64,000 bases of DNA, taken from contig JBMNJG010000006.1 in the NCBI GenBank assembly GCA_050951545.1, forward strand, positions 148,576 to 212,575, written 5' to 3'. The stretch is from Limnochordia bacterium (lineage in GTDB: Bacteria; Bacillota; Limnochordia; DTU080). A model generated the notes under the pieces. That model saw only the letters and a program-made list of their open reading frames with translations, made no database searches and was not told the origin of the DNA. Of the stretch, positions 10,921 through 20,932 are shown one piece after another (position 1 is the first letter of the stretch; each line of letters opens with the position of its first letter). A program made the position numbers and the translations under genes.

Positions 10921-11257
10921 GTGGTAAGAGTGCAGCGATGCGATCTTAGCAGAGCCCTTTTTGCGGACCGGAACCGTTTTCAGGGGCTCATTTCTCCCCC
11001 TAGGAGCACACTCTGCCGCCTCGATAGCCCTTCTGGGGCTACCAGACAACACATAACCGAACCGTGTCGATGGTCCTTTCCCACTCAGCCGATGTCCGAG
11101 CGCAAGTCCGCCCAGGTTTCGTGAGGAACCCAGCGGCTGGTAAGCGTCTGGAGTTCGGTCTCCTCTATTACCTGCACGACATTGCCATTGAGTATAATGG
11201 GTCGGAACACTACCTCGTCGCAGAGCAGCATTCAGCTGAGCAGGTCCACAAGCAGCA
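10921..11257 (+). pseudogene. Degenerate, internally deleted copy of the repeat + HTH-nuclease module at 54171-56297
   Basis: 10921-11105 aligns by eye with 54900-55088; 11108-11257 aligns with 55899-56047 (RPGFVRNPAAGKRLEFGLLYYLHDIAIEYNGSEHY vs RPGFMRNPATGKRLEVDLFYYLHNTAMEFNGAQHY). Confidence 0.85.
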
Positions 11258-11275
11258 CAGGTCCACAGGCGGCAG

Positions 11276-11461
11276 ATGATCCCAGAGATTGCCAATGTAG
11301 GCCGAGTCTACCCCTTCCTCGAAGCCGTCAAACTGGCCCAACAGGTGTGGACTCCCCTGATGGGCCCCGCTCTCACGGGTACGATGCCTATCCAGGGCGT
11401 TTTCGCCCAGGCCGCTGGGATCCATGGCCGCATTCTTGCCGAGATTGCGGAACCCAGGTAG
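11276..11461 (+). pseudogene. Possible C-terminal fragment of a solute-binding protein gene
   Basis: ..QQVWTPLMGPALTGTMPIQGVFAQAA.. resembles the C-termini of the other SBPs here (IGPALTRIGSGAMPASAAIEQI); followed by a hairpin. Confidence 0.4.
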
Positions 11462-11479
11462 GCTCGGCGCCTCTCCCTT

Positions 11480-11510
11480 AGCTGGGGAGCGGTGACAACG
11501 TTCCCCAGCT
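11480..11510 (+). terminator. Hairpin, possible terminator
   Basis: AGCTGGGGA...TCCCCAGCT stem. Confidence 0.45.
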
Positions 11511-11573
11511 TCTCGTCCAGCCTGCGCGCCATGCTATAATGGGTGTAACCTATTACCAGAGGGCAGTGAAGAA

Positions 11574-11768
11574 ATGACACCCCAGGACGTGATCTGGCGG
11601 CTTCTAGAGCGTTTGTGCGAAACACAGCAGATGCTTGCTGACAGCGCTGAAGAACTGCATCCCGTACGTAACCAAGACCTGATCTCTACGCTCCATGAGT
11701 TGGAGCATCTAACGAACACACAGATCAATCTGATGAATCGGATGAGGCGTCGTTATCCGCCTCAGTAG
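11574..11768 (+). CDS. Small helical hypothetical protein
   Basis: 64 aa, GAGGG SD, protein-like amphipathic composition. Confidence 0.6.
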   Translation: MTPQDVIWRLLERLCETQQMLADSAEELHPVRNQDLISTLHELEHLTNTQINLMNRMRRRYPPQ

Positions 11769-12033
11769 AGGAAACCTTCTTTGCGCGTTTCAGGCGTCTC
11801 GCTTGGGTCTGAGAGCGGCGAGACGCTGCGACGAGCATCAACGAGACCGAGCCGACAATCATCACCCAGCCGACGACGCTCAGGATGGTCACGATGACCC
11901 GTGAGCTGGGTGTGATAGCGAGGGCTTCCCTGATAGCCGCGGCCCGTCGCGTGGCCACGACATCGGTGACCACAGCCGCCGTCACACACAAGATGCCAAT
12001 GGTAAGGATAAAGCGCTTGACGACCACGAGCAT
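11725..12033 (-). CDS. Small two-TM membrane protein
   Basis: Two hydrophobic segments, AAAGGGGG SD, downstream of spoVAE. Confidence 0.6.
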   Translation of the reverse strand: MLVVVKRFILTIGILCVTAAVVTDVVATRRAAAIREALAITPSSRVIVTILSVVGWVMIVGSVSLMLVAASRRSQTQARRLKRAKKVSSTEADNDASSDSSD

Positions 12034-12084
12034 AGGCCCCCTTTGCTCAACCTATTGCACGTGGGTGCCGCCTTTCCTGCCGCA

Positions 12085-12663
12085 TCAGACTCGTGAATGA
12101 TGAGCCAGTATCGCTTTCAAGGCCTTCGTAGTCAGAGGTGCTCCTTGGCAAGCATCGTCTGCATGACCCATCTTACCTGGGTCTCCGAGACCAATCACCA
12201 CCGGGACATGCACGTCGCGCAGCACACCAAGTGTATCGCCCTGCTGATAGCATGCCTTTTGGGGAATACCCTCTTTGTTGACTGGACCGCTCACCATATC
12301 CCCGTTGCGACTAACCGACTCCGTCACCTCGACGCCAAGATCGCGCTGCGCATCGGAGGCCACCGCCACTACGCCCAACACCTCTATTCCTGAGTGCTCC
12401 ACAAAGTGACGGAGTATGCGCTCCCCTCGCCCCTCACCCAGCTGCCCTTCATCGTCCACCATCACGACAACTGGATCGCTGGGAGCAGCCAGCACAAGTT
12501 TCACGACTTCCTCAGGCTCCAAATAGGCATCGTGGGGCCCATGACCTCCAGATAGGGAAACGCAGCGGCAGTCTACATTCCGTGCTGCTTGCTCTACGGC
12601 CGCTGCGGCCTGACGGTCCCCGTCGGTTACTACGATGACCCGTTTCCTGGGCATTGCCACCAC
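12085..12663 (-). CDS. spoVAE: Stage V sporulation protein AE (soluble SpoVAE family)
   Basis: VIVVTDGD, RCVSLSGG, PVVVMVDDEGQLGEGRGE, EVLGVVAVAS, IGLGDPGKM motifs. Confidence 0.85.
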   Translation of the reverse strand: MVAMPRKRVIVVTDGDRQAAAAVEQAARNVDCRCVSLSGGHGPHDAYLEPEEVVKLVLAAPSDPVVVMVDDEGQLGEGRGERILRHFVEHSGIEVLGVVAVASDAQRDLGVEVTESVSRNGDMVSGPVNKEGIPQKACYQQGDTLGVLRDVHVPVVIGLGDPGKMGHADDACQGAPLTTKALKAILAHHSRV

Positions 12664-12707
12664 CTCAGCTGATAGCCTGCCCAGAGAGATAGGCTCTCTA
12701 CTACAGC

Positions 12708-14429
12708 TTACTTCCTGTGACCGATCGAATACAGACCTGGCAGGCTGACGGGGAGGCGGCCAGAGCCTTCAGCCTGACCAGCAATCACTTCGGCGGCAGC
12801 TTGCATGCTCTCGCCGTTGGCGCTATAGCAGGCGACGAAGGTGCCTATGGCCGGAAAGCGCAGAAGGTCGTAAGGCTCGCGCACACTGAGCACAATCGGC
12901 TCACGACCTGCCGCCACCAACTCCTCCACAAGGGCTACTTGGTTGGCCCCAACAGTCGACCACGCCTGGTGCGTGATGAGTATGACGTTAGCGTACTCCC
13001 GGCTTCTGGCGACTATCTGAGCTCGGGCCACCTTATCCGGGTTGAGAGCGATGATCGCCTCATCCACTCCTGACACCTGAGGGCGCAAAGCCTCAGCCAA
13101 TCGCCTAGCTGGCGACTGCTGATTCGCCAGTGTGGGTCCCACTACGAGGAGACGCCCCCCATTGCCGGTAAGGGGTAGCCGAGCTTGAGCATCCCGGACC
13201 ACGGTGATGGCCGCCGCTGCCGCTTGCTTACTGACCAGCGCCGCCTCTTGTGTCTGTGCCCGTGTAAGGCTCTGGGGCTTGGTGGCACCAGCAATCTGCT
13301 CCTTGGCCGCCAAGATGCGGCGTACAGAAGCATTAACCCGCTCCTCAGGGATCACACCCTCGCGCACCGCGCTTACCAGAGCCTCGACCACACGTATGGG
13401 CTGCCGCCAATCGGAGGGCCAAGCGACGAGAACAACATCGGCACCAGCCTGAACTGACCGTACGGCGGCCTCTCCCAGCCCGAAATTCCTGGCGATGGCT
13501 CCCATCTCCATAGCATCGGTGATGATCAGACCGTCAAACCCCAGTTCCTGGCGGAGCAGGTCCGTAAGAACTCGCTTGGATAGTGTAGCAGGCACGCCGG
13601 GCTGAGGCTCAATCGCAGGAAAGGTCACATGGGCGGTCATGATGGCTGTCACACCCGCCCCGATGGCAGCCTTAAAGGGGACAAACTCCACCTGCTCCAA
13701 GCGAGTGCGAAGGTGCGCCACCCTAGGCAGAGCAATATGTGAATCGAGCGAGGTGTCGCCGTGACCCGGGAAATGCTTTGCGGTGGATAGCACTCCGCCT
13801 TCATGCAACCCAGTGATGTAGGCAACCCCCAGGCGAGACACGGCTTGCGGGTCCTCCCCGAAGGAGCGGATACCAATCACAGGATTGGCCGGGTTGCTAT
13901 TCACGTCCACCACAGGAGCAAAGTTCATGTTGATGCCCACTGAACGCAGCTCACGCCCCATAGCGGCTGCGACGCGTTGGGTCAGCTCCGGCGAGCCCGC
14001 AGCTCCCAAGGCCATGTTGCCGGGAAAGGCGTGCCGCCCTTGCAAGCGAACCACATAGCCACCTTCTTGATCTGCGGCGATCAACAGGGGCAACTCAGCC
14101 CCCGTGGTGGTGGCCAGTCTCTGTAGGCGCCCCGTGAGCTCTGCTGTCTGCTCCAGATCACGTATGTTCCGTGAGGCTAGCATCACCCCACCGATGAAAT
14201 GCTTTGCGATGAGCTCGTTGGCCTCAGCTGACAGATCGTAGCCGGGAAAACCCGCCATCACCATCTGCCCCACGCGCTCCTCCAAGCTCATCTGTGATAG
14301 ACGATCAACCAGGCCCTGCTCCACAGTGGGGATGCGTCGCACTCTGAACAACCCGATGCCCAAGGCCAGTAGAATGACAATCACTAGAGCCCCTCGAAGG
14401 GTAACCCGCGCCTTACTGGTCATGCCCAT
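12708..14429 (-). CDS. nagZ: Beta-N-acetylhexosaminidase, GH3, membrane-anchored
   Basis: AADQEGGYV, KHFPGHGDTSLDSH (NagZ signature), IITDAMEMGA; start moved to the ATG at 14429 behind a GAGGTG SD. Confidence 0.92.
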   Translation of the reverse strand: MGMTSKARVTLRGALVIVILLALGIGLFRVRRIPTVEQGLVDRLSQMSLEERVGQMVMAGFPGYDLSAEANELIAKHFIGGVMLASRNIRDLEQTAELTGRLQRLATTTGAELPLLIAADQEGGYVVRLQGRHAFPGNMALGAAGSPELTQRVAAAMGRELRSVGINMNFAPVVDVNSNPANPVIGIRSFGEDPQAVSRLGVAYITGLHEGGVLSTAKHFPGHGDTSLDSHIALPRVAHLRTRLEQVEFVPFKAAIGAGVTAIMTAHVTFPAIEPQPGVPATLSKRVLTDLLRQELGFDGLIITDAMEMGAIARNFGLGEAAVRSVQAGADVVLVAWPSDWRQPIRVVEALVSAVREGVIPEERVNASVRRILAAKEQIAGATKPQSLTRAQTQEAALVSKQAAAAAITVVRDAQARLPLTGNGGRLLVVGPTLANQQSPARRLAEALRPQVSGVDEAIIALNPDKVARAQIVARSREYANVILITHQAWSTVGANQVALVEELVAAGREPIVLSVREPYDLLRFPAIGTFVACYSANGESMQAAAEVIAGQAEGSGRLPVSLPGLYSIGHRK

Positions 14430-14544
14430 CTGCCGACCACACCTCGCCAAGCTTCCAGTGTAGACTCCCATGTGCATTTCATCCTTCGTGGAAGTGCCAC
14501 AGCGCCTAGACTTCCGCACTTGGTTGGCCGCCGTCAGGCGTACT

Positions 14545-16089
14545 TCAGAAATGCATAAGGCTATCGACGGGAGCATAGTCGTCAGTCAAAAGAGGCACAT
14601 CATCGGTGCGAACCGCCTCACTGACCCGACTGGACAGCACCTGTACCATATCTGAAGGGACCTTGAGACTAGTAGCCATACTCCGGGCACGTACCATTAG
14701 GTCTGCCCATTCTGGCGCCTCTTTCTCCATCATAGCGATCACAATGATATTGCGCACCGCTGTTTCACCACGCACGGGCGCATTCCAGCCTACGGGAAAA
14801 GCGTACACGTGTGGAAAGACCTCCTGGAAGGTCTTGAACATCGATCGGAATAAACGGCTCCGAGGACCACTTACTGCCCCGATGATATTGCTCACTACGA
14901 CACCGTTGGCGCTCATGTGCGCTTTCAGCTCTTCCAGGTACTCCTTGGTGGTTAAATGGAAGGGAATGGAGTCAGAAAAGTAGGCGTCGATGAACGCCAA
15001 GTCGTAGAGGCTCCTATTCTTGCGCAAGAAGGTGCGTCCGTCCTTGGCAAACAAACGGAGCTTCTCGTCGCCTTTCACACCGAAATAGCGCTCTGCTACC
15101 CGGATTACCTCCGGGTCGAGCTCAGCGACATCCATCGCCAGCTCTGGATAGTTCACCCGGAAGTTCTTGGGCACCGAACCCCCTCCGAGACCTACAAAAA
15201 GGGATGTGCGTGCGTCCGGGCGCAGTAGGGGGCCCAAATGAAAGAAGTCTGTGTACTCAAAGACCAGTTTATGCGGCTCGCGCAGATCCATGGCGCTTTG
15301 CCAGGAGGCATCGAACTTGAGGTAACGCGTGCCTCCTTCGTCGACCACCAAGATGCGGTGATAGAGACTGTCTTTTTGGTAAACCGTCTTCGTCGCATAG
15401 ATATCGGAACTAGTGGCCGAAACATGGCCCCATCCCACACACATAGCCAGCACTACGAGAAGTGAGAGAACCCGGCTAGCGACTTTTTTTTTACGTTCCC
15501 CACGCTCGCTCTCCTTACCGGCTGCCACAAAGACACCAACTGCCAGCAGCAGCAGAACTCCCCCCAGCAGGTGAACAATCAGACGAACGCCTAACCAGGT
15601 GATCAGAAAGAAAGAGGTGAGAAGCGTGCCCACGATGCTGCCCAAGGTAGAGACGGCGTACAGACGGCCTGCTGTATTTCCTACAGTATCCAACCCCTCC
15701 ACCTGCAGCTTGATAGCAAAGGGGCTGACCATACCTAAGAAAATACTGGGCACAAAAAACAGCAGTAGCGCCGACAGAAGTGGCCCCAGACGCGGGCCCA
15801 GATCGGCGTCGGCCAACAGGTTGTTAATCGGCTCCGCCCACCAAGGTAGAATGAGTACCATGAGACCCGGTATGACCAGAATGCCAGCTAGGACCTTAAG
15901 TGAGGGCCGCCTATCGGCATAGGAGCCTCCCAGAAAGTAACCTACCGACAGCGAAGCCAAAAAGACACTGATCAAACTGCCCCAGACAAAGATCGAACTA
16001 CCGAAATACGGGGCCAAGATACGGCTTCCCAACATCTCCAGAGCCATTAGCACTGCTCCGGACACAAAGACGACGCCTGGCATGGCCAC
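14545..16089 (-). CDS. Fused membrane domain / spermidine synthase-like methyltransferase
   Basis: N-terminal TM region (SGAVLMALEMLGSRILAPYFGSS), then VGLGGG, AELDPEV, DGR, IDAY and LLTDDYAPV. Confidence 0.9.
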   Translation of the reverse strand: MAMPGVVFVSGAVLMALEMLGSRILAPYFGSSIFVWGSLISVFLASLSVGYFLGGSYADRRPSLKVLAGILVIPGLMVLILPWWAEPINNLLADADLGPRLGPLLSALLLFFVPSIFLGMVSPFAIKLQVEGLDTVGNTAGRLYAVSTLGSIVGTLLTSFFLITWLGVRLIVHLLGGVLLLLAVGVFVAAGKESERGERKKKVASRVLSLLVVLAMCVGWGHVSATSSDIYATKTVYQKDSLYHRILVVDEGGTRYLKFDASWQSAMDLREPHKLVFEYTDFFHLGPLLRPDARTSLFVGLGGGSVPKNFRVNYPELAMDVAELDPEVIRVAERYFGVKGDEKLRLFAKDGRTFLRKNRSLYDLAFIDAYFSDSIPFHLTTKEYLEELKAHMSANGVVVSNIIGAVSGPRSRLFRSMFKTFQEVFPHVYAFPVGWNAPVRGETAVRNIIVIAMMEKEAPEWADLMVRARSMATSLKVPSDMVQVLSSRVSEAVRTDDVPLLTDDYAPVDSLMHF

Positions 16090-16126
16090 ACCACCTACAT
16101 GAATTTCATCTTAGTTTCGTCATCAG

Positions 16127-17419
16127 CTAGCGGTTCACCTTTGGAAGTAGCGGAAGCACAGACTGGTCCAATTTGGCCCGAGCCTGTTCCCACGAGTGCC
16201 GTCCATGAAGGAAATCGTAGACTGCGGTACGCAAAGGCTGGTTGGGCCCCATCAGGCGGGGCCAGTTCACATCGCGAGCCACTGGACGAGCATAGCGACA
16301 CGTCTCAACAACCTGGTTCCGGGCACTGCTTGGCCATTGCCGCAAGAAGGTACCATCAGTGAGTACGCTGGCCCGCACAGGTATCTGACCCGCTTCAGCC
16401 ACCAGGGCCTGACCCTTGACGCCCACCAGCCATTTCAGGTATTTATAGGCGCTATCCGGCCTACGCGAGGTGGCGGTGACCGCCAAACCCTGCCCTTCGA
16501 GGGAAGTGGCCCGCTTGCCTTTTGGGCTCTTGGGCCACTGCGCCAGCGCCCACTGTGCAGTGGCCCCATCCGCCTGGGTCACATACGTATCGGCAAACCA
16601 GGTGCCCGCCGCGAGCATCGCCACCCGGCCCTGAGCGAACGCTGCCGACGGATAGACTCCCTGCAGCGGATCTATACCCACGTGAGCCAACTCGTCCCAA
16701 AGCAGAGTGACGTTCTTGCGAGGTGGGTAAAAGTCTGCGTAGAACGTCAGTGCCTCACGCACCTGCGGCATGTGCCACGAAGGCTGCCCGCCAATGAAGA
16801 AGTCTGCATCATTGGCCCAGACCAGAGTCAAGAAGGTATGCGTAAACCACTCAAGCCAGCCATACCGATCACGGCGTCCGTCGCCATCCAGATCGACGGT
16901 CATCTTCTGCGCGTACTGAAGCCAGTTGCTCCAATCCCAGTCGCGTCCGGGCGCCGACAGGCCAGCAGCAGCCACAAGGCCAGGATGATACCAAAAGACA
17001 GCAACATCATTGCTCCAGGGCAGTGCGTACTGACGCCCGAAAGCCTGCCAGACCCAGAGTGAAGCTGGTAGAAAGTCAGCGAGATCGAACGACCGATCCG
17101 ACTTGAGCATCGGCCCGAGGTCAACAAGGAAATCCGTGAGCGCCTCCCAACCACTTGACGGGAGCATGATCGCGTCGGGGCCGTACCCACCCGCCATTCG
17201 AGACAGCAAACGGTCTCGCGTCCCTTGCCAACTCACCTGACTCGCTTCCACCTGCACGCCGCTCTTGGCGCCGAATTCCTGCACGAGCGGTCTGACCGCT
17301 TCCCAGAGATCGGCACTCATGCCATGCCAGAAAACCAGCTTCTCCGCGGCCAGAACCGCAGGTGTCACCACTGCAACTAGCGTAGCCACCAAAAGCCATG
17401 TTACAGGGCCTACTCTCAA
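16127..17419 (-). CDS. Sugar ABC transporter substrate-binding protein
   Basis: Signal peptide, GGYGPD, GRQYALPW, DLDGDGRRDRYG. TTG start at 17419 behind GGGGAG. Confidence 0.88.
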   Translation of the reverse strand: MRVGPVTWLLVATLVAVVTPAVLAAEKLVFWHGMSADLWEAVRPLVQEFGAKSGVQVEASQVSWQGTRDRLLSRMAGGYGPDAIMLPSSGWEALTDFLVDLGPMLKSDRSFDLADFLPASLWVWQAFGRQYALPWSNDVAVFWYHPGLVAAAGLSAPGRDWDWSNWLQYAQKMTVDLDGDGRRDRYGWLEWFTHTFLTLVWANDADFFIGGQPSWHMPQVREALTFYADFYPPRKNVTLLWDELAHVGIDPLQGVYPSAAFAQGRVAMLAAGTWFADTYVTQADGATAQWALAQWPKSPKGKRATSLEGQGLAVTATSRRPDSAYKYLKWLVGVKGQALVAEAGQIPVRASVLTDGTFLRQWPSSARNQVVETCRYARPVARDVNWPRLMGPNQPLRTAVYDFLHGRHSWEQARAKLDQSVLPLLPKVNR

Positions 17420-17427
17420 GCAAACTA

Positions 17428-17507
17428 CTCCCCAAAATGAAGTGGCGCTGTGCCAGCATGTCAGCAACCTTGGGTTCTCGTCAGCGATGGTGTCGGCGAC
17501 CTCCGAT
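17428..17507 (-). repeat. SD-terminated dispersed element, copy 1
   Basis: GGTTGCTGACATGCTGGCACAGCGCCACTTCATTTTGGGGAG on the - strand; most diverged copy. Confidence 0.65.
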
Positions 17508-17518
17508 TGCTATGCGAG

Positions 17519-19630
17519 CTAGTAGAGCTTGTGTACCTTCACAGATCCGTAATAGTGAGCTAAGATGGCCGCCACATCATACCCCTGCTCTGCCATGCCT
17601 GCCGCACCTAGCTGATCGAGTCCGACACCATGGCCGAAACCGCCGCCGTAAAAGACAAACTCGCGCACCCGTCCGTCAGCGTCTAGATGCGACTCCACCT
17701 TGAACAGGTTGCTCTTCAGCCCGCCTAGCGTGGAGCGGATGCCGTCGCCCTTAACAACGTGCGTGCCCCGAGACCCGACGACCTCGACCTCCAGCACCTG
17801 TCCTCCCACGGCGCGCCTGCCTGGCCGAATGGCCAGCACGGTGCCGATGGCCTGACGGGCATTGACTCGCGCCTCGATCTCAGCGGCAGGCACTGGCAAC
17901 ACCCAACGAAAACTGCTGCGGGTGGTGTATGAGCTATCGCTGGCGAAAACCCGCGGTGCTTTCTTGATCCAGGCCTCTAGAGCCAGAGGTCCGAGAGGAA
18001 ACTCAGGCGGCGAAGGGTCTAGGGTATCCACGATGGGCTGCAAGTAGCTGATCTTGCCACCCCAGACCTCCTCGGAGGAGGCCGTATGACCACCAGCAGT
18101 GGCGTTGTAGAAGACTTGGGCAGGGCGGTCACCATCGCGCAAGACAAGACCCAACGTCTCTAACACCGCCGCAGTGGTATTGGCGTGCTCGACACCGACG
18201 CCCCGATACTCCGAGGATGCCACCGAACCCTGAACGTCAAAACCACGTTGCCAGTAGCGCCCCAAAGAACGGTAGGTATAAGTGCGAGCGGCGATCGCCT
18301 GTGCTTTCAGAGCCTCCAGGGGCATGCTCGTGAACATCTCGGATGGGACCACGGACAGCAGATATGACTCCATATCCACGATGTTGACGAGCGTGATCCC
18401 GCCCTCGCGCACCAGAGCCTCCATGCTGCCCCGATACTGACGATGCTCCTTGCGGGCGTAGAAGTACCCCTTGCCCATCTCCATGTCATAGACAGCTATC
18501 GTGGAGGTGGGTTTTTCTGGCACGAGTTGCCACGGCGCCTTTCCGCTGACCTCGGTCCGCCCATCTTCACTGCGCAAACTCAGTACATCGCCTTTTCTGG
18601 TCAGCAACCAGATGCCTCCCGGCTGCAGACGAGCGACCACGCGTCCCCAACGCAGTAGCTCCACTGGTCCACTCCAGGCCAGCCGAATGGTCTCAGCCTC
18701 TTCAGCAAGCCCCACTCGTATCTGAGGAGCATCGGGGCTAAACACAGGCGTGACCTGCCGCAACTGCAAGGAGGCACGATCCTTGGCCTCGAGCTCTTCC
18801 GTCTGCCTAAGAAATGCCTCATTGCTGGCAACAAAGCGAGCCATATCTTCGGCCACTTGCTTGTCATAAGTGCGTACTAAGGAAGTCTTTTGATAGGCGC
18901 TCCAGGCTTTGCGCAGGTCGCCTTGCGCCTCGTAAGCCCGAGCCAGGTACGGATGAAGACGAGTCAGGCCGCCATCTCGTCTCAGCGCTGTCTCGAACGC
19001 ATCGACAGCCTCAGCAGTGCGCCCCAGCCGATCATACACTATGCCAAGCTCGTAGTAGGCGATGGCATAACCTGGATCGAGGGAAATCGCTTGCAGCAGG
19101 TGCGTAAGCGCCCTGTCAGGCGCGTACTCGCCTAACGCTGCTCCCAGAGCAACGAGCGTCTGCGGCTGCATAGGAGCCATCGCTAACGACTGCTCAAAGG
19201 CTGCTGCGGCAGCTGGATAGCGAGCCAGCGCATAGAGAGCCCAACCCAGATCGTACCAGAGCTCGCCATCGCTCCCTGCCAGTTCCACTGCCTCCAAGTA
19301 GGTATCGACGACTAGCGACCACTGCCCCAGATCCTTGTAAACCACCGCCAGGTTGCGCAGGGCAAGCAGGCGCAATGAGGAGTCCGCTTCAGCCGCCAGC
19401 CCTGTCAGGAGCTTGGCTAGGGCCTCGAGCTCGCCGTTTTTGTACAACCCGACCACACTGTGCCATCCGCTGTCTTGTACTGGCCAGCCGTTCTGAAACG
19501 CCGCTGAGTCCAGAGGCTGTGTTTGGGGCGTGGCCGCGCTACCCCGTGGCTGCCAGATGATGAGCAATGAGATGAACAAGACCATAGCCAGAGGCTTGCC
19601 GCAGCGAAAGCGCAGTGGCAGAGAGATCAT
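17519..19630 (-). CDS. TPR-repeat + SpoIID/LytB domain protein
   Basis: Signal peptide and TPRs, then YRGSMEA, YLLSVVPSEM, EALKAQAIAARTY, GGGFGHGVGLDQLGAAGMA. Confidence 0.92.
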   Translation of the reverse strand: MISLPLRFRCGKPLAMVLFISLLIIWQPRGSAATPQTQPLDSAAFQNGWPVQDSGWHSVVGLYKNGELEALAKLLTGLAAEADSSLRLLALRNLAVVYKDLGQWSLVVDTYLEAVELAGSDGELWYDLGWALYALARYPAAAAAFEQSLAMAPMQPQTLVALGAALGEYAPDRALTHLLQAISLDPGYAIAYYELGIVYDRLGRTAEAVDAFETALRRDGGLTRLHPYLARAYEAQGDLRKAWSAYQKTSLVRTYDKQVAEDMARFVASNEAFLRQTEELEAKDRASLQLRQVTPVFSPDAPQIRVGLAEEAETIRLAWSGPVELLRWGRVVARLQPGGIWLLTRKGDVLSLRSEDGRTEVSGKAPWQLVPEKPTSTIAVYDMEMGKGYFYARKEHRQYRGSMEALVREGGITLVNIVDMESYLLSVVPSEMFTSMPLEALKAQAIAARTYTYRSLGRYWQRGFDVQGSVASSEYRGVGVEHANTTAAVLETLGLVLRDGDRPAQVFYNATAGGHTASSEEVWGGKISYLQPIVDTLDPSPPEFPLGPLALEAWIKKAPRVFASDSSYTTRSSFRWVLPVPAAEIEARVNARQAIGTVLAIRPGRRAVGGQVLEVEVVGSRGTHVVKGDGIRSTLGGLKSNLFKVESHLDADGRVREFVFYGGGFGHGVGLDQLGAAGMAEQGYDVAAILAHYYGSVKVHKLY

Positions 19631-19640
19631 GCAAAGACTG

Positions 19641-19690
19641 CCTCCCCAGAAAATGATGCAGTGCTGTGCGGGCATGTCGACGGCCAACCA
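19641..19690 (-). repeat. SD-terminated dispersed element, copy 2
   Basis: GGCCGTCGACATGCCCGCACAGCACTGCATCATTTTCTGGGGAGG on the - strand. Confidence 0.75.
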
Positions 19691-19726
19691 CGCGTACCCC
19701 TTTGATCTTCACCCCCAACGGTGCTG

Positions 19727-20848
19727 CTACTTTGCAGCCAGCGCTTCACGGTTGAGCCCGCTGAGCTCAGCAACCACAAAACGCCCGTCTTGACGTACCA
19801 GCTCGCCGTCGAAGTAGATCGATCCACCACCGTACTCAGGCCGCTGAATGCTGATCAAGTCCCAATGGATAGCGGAGCGGTTGCCATTGTCGGCCAAGGC
19901 GTAGGCGTTTCCCGGAGTGAAATGGAAACTACCATGTATCTTCTCATCGAAAAGAGTGTCTTTCATTGGTTCAGCAATGAAAGGATTAAGCCCCAAGGAG
20001 AACTCCCCGACATATCGGGCTCCGGCATCTGTGTCAAGGACCTTGTTCAGCCTTGCTGAGTCATTGGCCTCGGCAGCCACAATCCGGCCCTTCTCAAAGC
20101 GAAGACGGATGCTGCTAAACGTAAAACCCTGGTAAACCGAGGGCACATTGTAGGTAATGGTACCTTCCACAGAATCACGTACGGGTGCCGTATAGACCTC
20201 CCCGTCCGGGATGTTGCGTTTGCCAGCGCACTTCACAGCGGCCATCCCTTTGATGGAGAAGCGCAGATCGATTCCGGGGCCCGTTATATGTACCTCGTCG
20301 GTCTGCATCAAGCGGGCGACCAAGGCATCCATAGCATCCCACATGCGACGATAGTCGAGGGTGCATACATCGAAGTAGAAGTCCTCAAACTTGCTCAGGC
20401 TCATGTTGGCCGACTGCGCCATGGAGTGGTTGGGGTAGCGCAACACGCACCAGCGCGTCTGAGGCACCCGGACCTGCACGTGCACAGGTTCCATCCACAA
20501 ACGCTGGTACAACTCCATTTTCTCAGGGGATATGTCGGAAAGCTCAGCCCGATTGCGCCCGGCGCGAATACCGATGTAGGCGTCCATAGCCTCCATGCGC
20601 TGCCGCTCCCACACAGCGATGTCCGCAAGCGCCGATTCGCTGATGCCCTGCAACATCTCCCTGAGAATCTCGTGGTCTTTGATGGTAACGTAAACAAGGC
20701 CCCCGACAGCATACGCCTGCTGGATAAGGGCCTGTACCAATGCGGTCTCCAGACCAGTGACCTCGATAAGCAGCCTCTCGCCCGGCTGAAGGGCGACCGA
20801 GTATTCGATGAGTAGTTTTGCTAGTTTGTCAAGACGCGGATCGCGCAC
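19727..20848 (-). CDS. M29 family aminopeptidase
   Basis: MRDPRLDKLAKLLIEYS, NIPDGEVYTAP, VGEFSLG, LFDEKI.GSFHFTPG, SAIHWD. Confidence 0.92.
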   Translation of the reverse strand: MRDPRLDKLAKLLIEYSVALQPGERLLIEVTGLETALVQALIQQAYAVGGLVYVTIKDHEILREMLQGISESALADIAVWERQRMEAMDAYIGIRAGRNRAELSDISPEKMELYQRLWMEPVHVQVRVPQTRWCVLRYPNHSMAQSANMSLSKFEDFYFDVCTLDYRRMWDAMDALVARLMQTDEVHITGPGIDLRFSIKGMAAVKCAGKRNIPDGEVYTAPVRDSVEGTITYNVPSVYQGFTFSSIRLRFEKGRIVAAEANDSARLNKVLDTDAGARYVGEFSLGLNPFIAEPMKDTLFDEKIHGSFHFTPGNAYALADNGNRSAIHWDLISIQRPEYGGGSIYFDGELVRQDGRFVVAELSGLNREALAAK

Positions 20849-20932
20849 ACTGTCTGCCCCCAGGAAGGACGGCCGCCACAGGCGACCGTCGCTATCGTTT
20901 TCCGCCTAGAGCGTGGCCGCTGCCGACCAGCA

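Noticed and set aside
14521-14533. TGGTTGGCCGCCG, identical to the arm of the 38710 element
   Set aside because: 13-bp match only and no core motif nearby; insufficient to call a copy.
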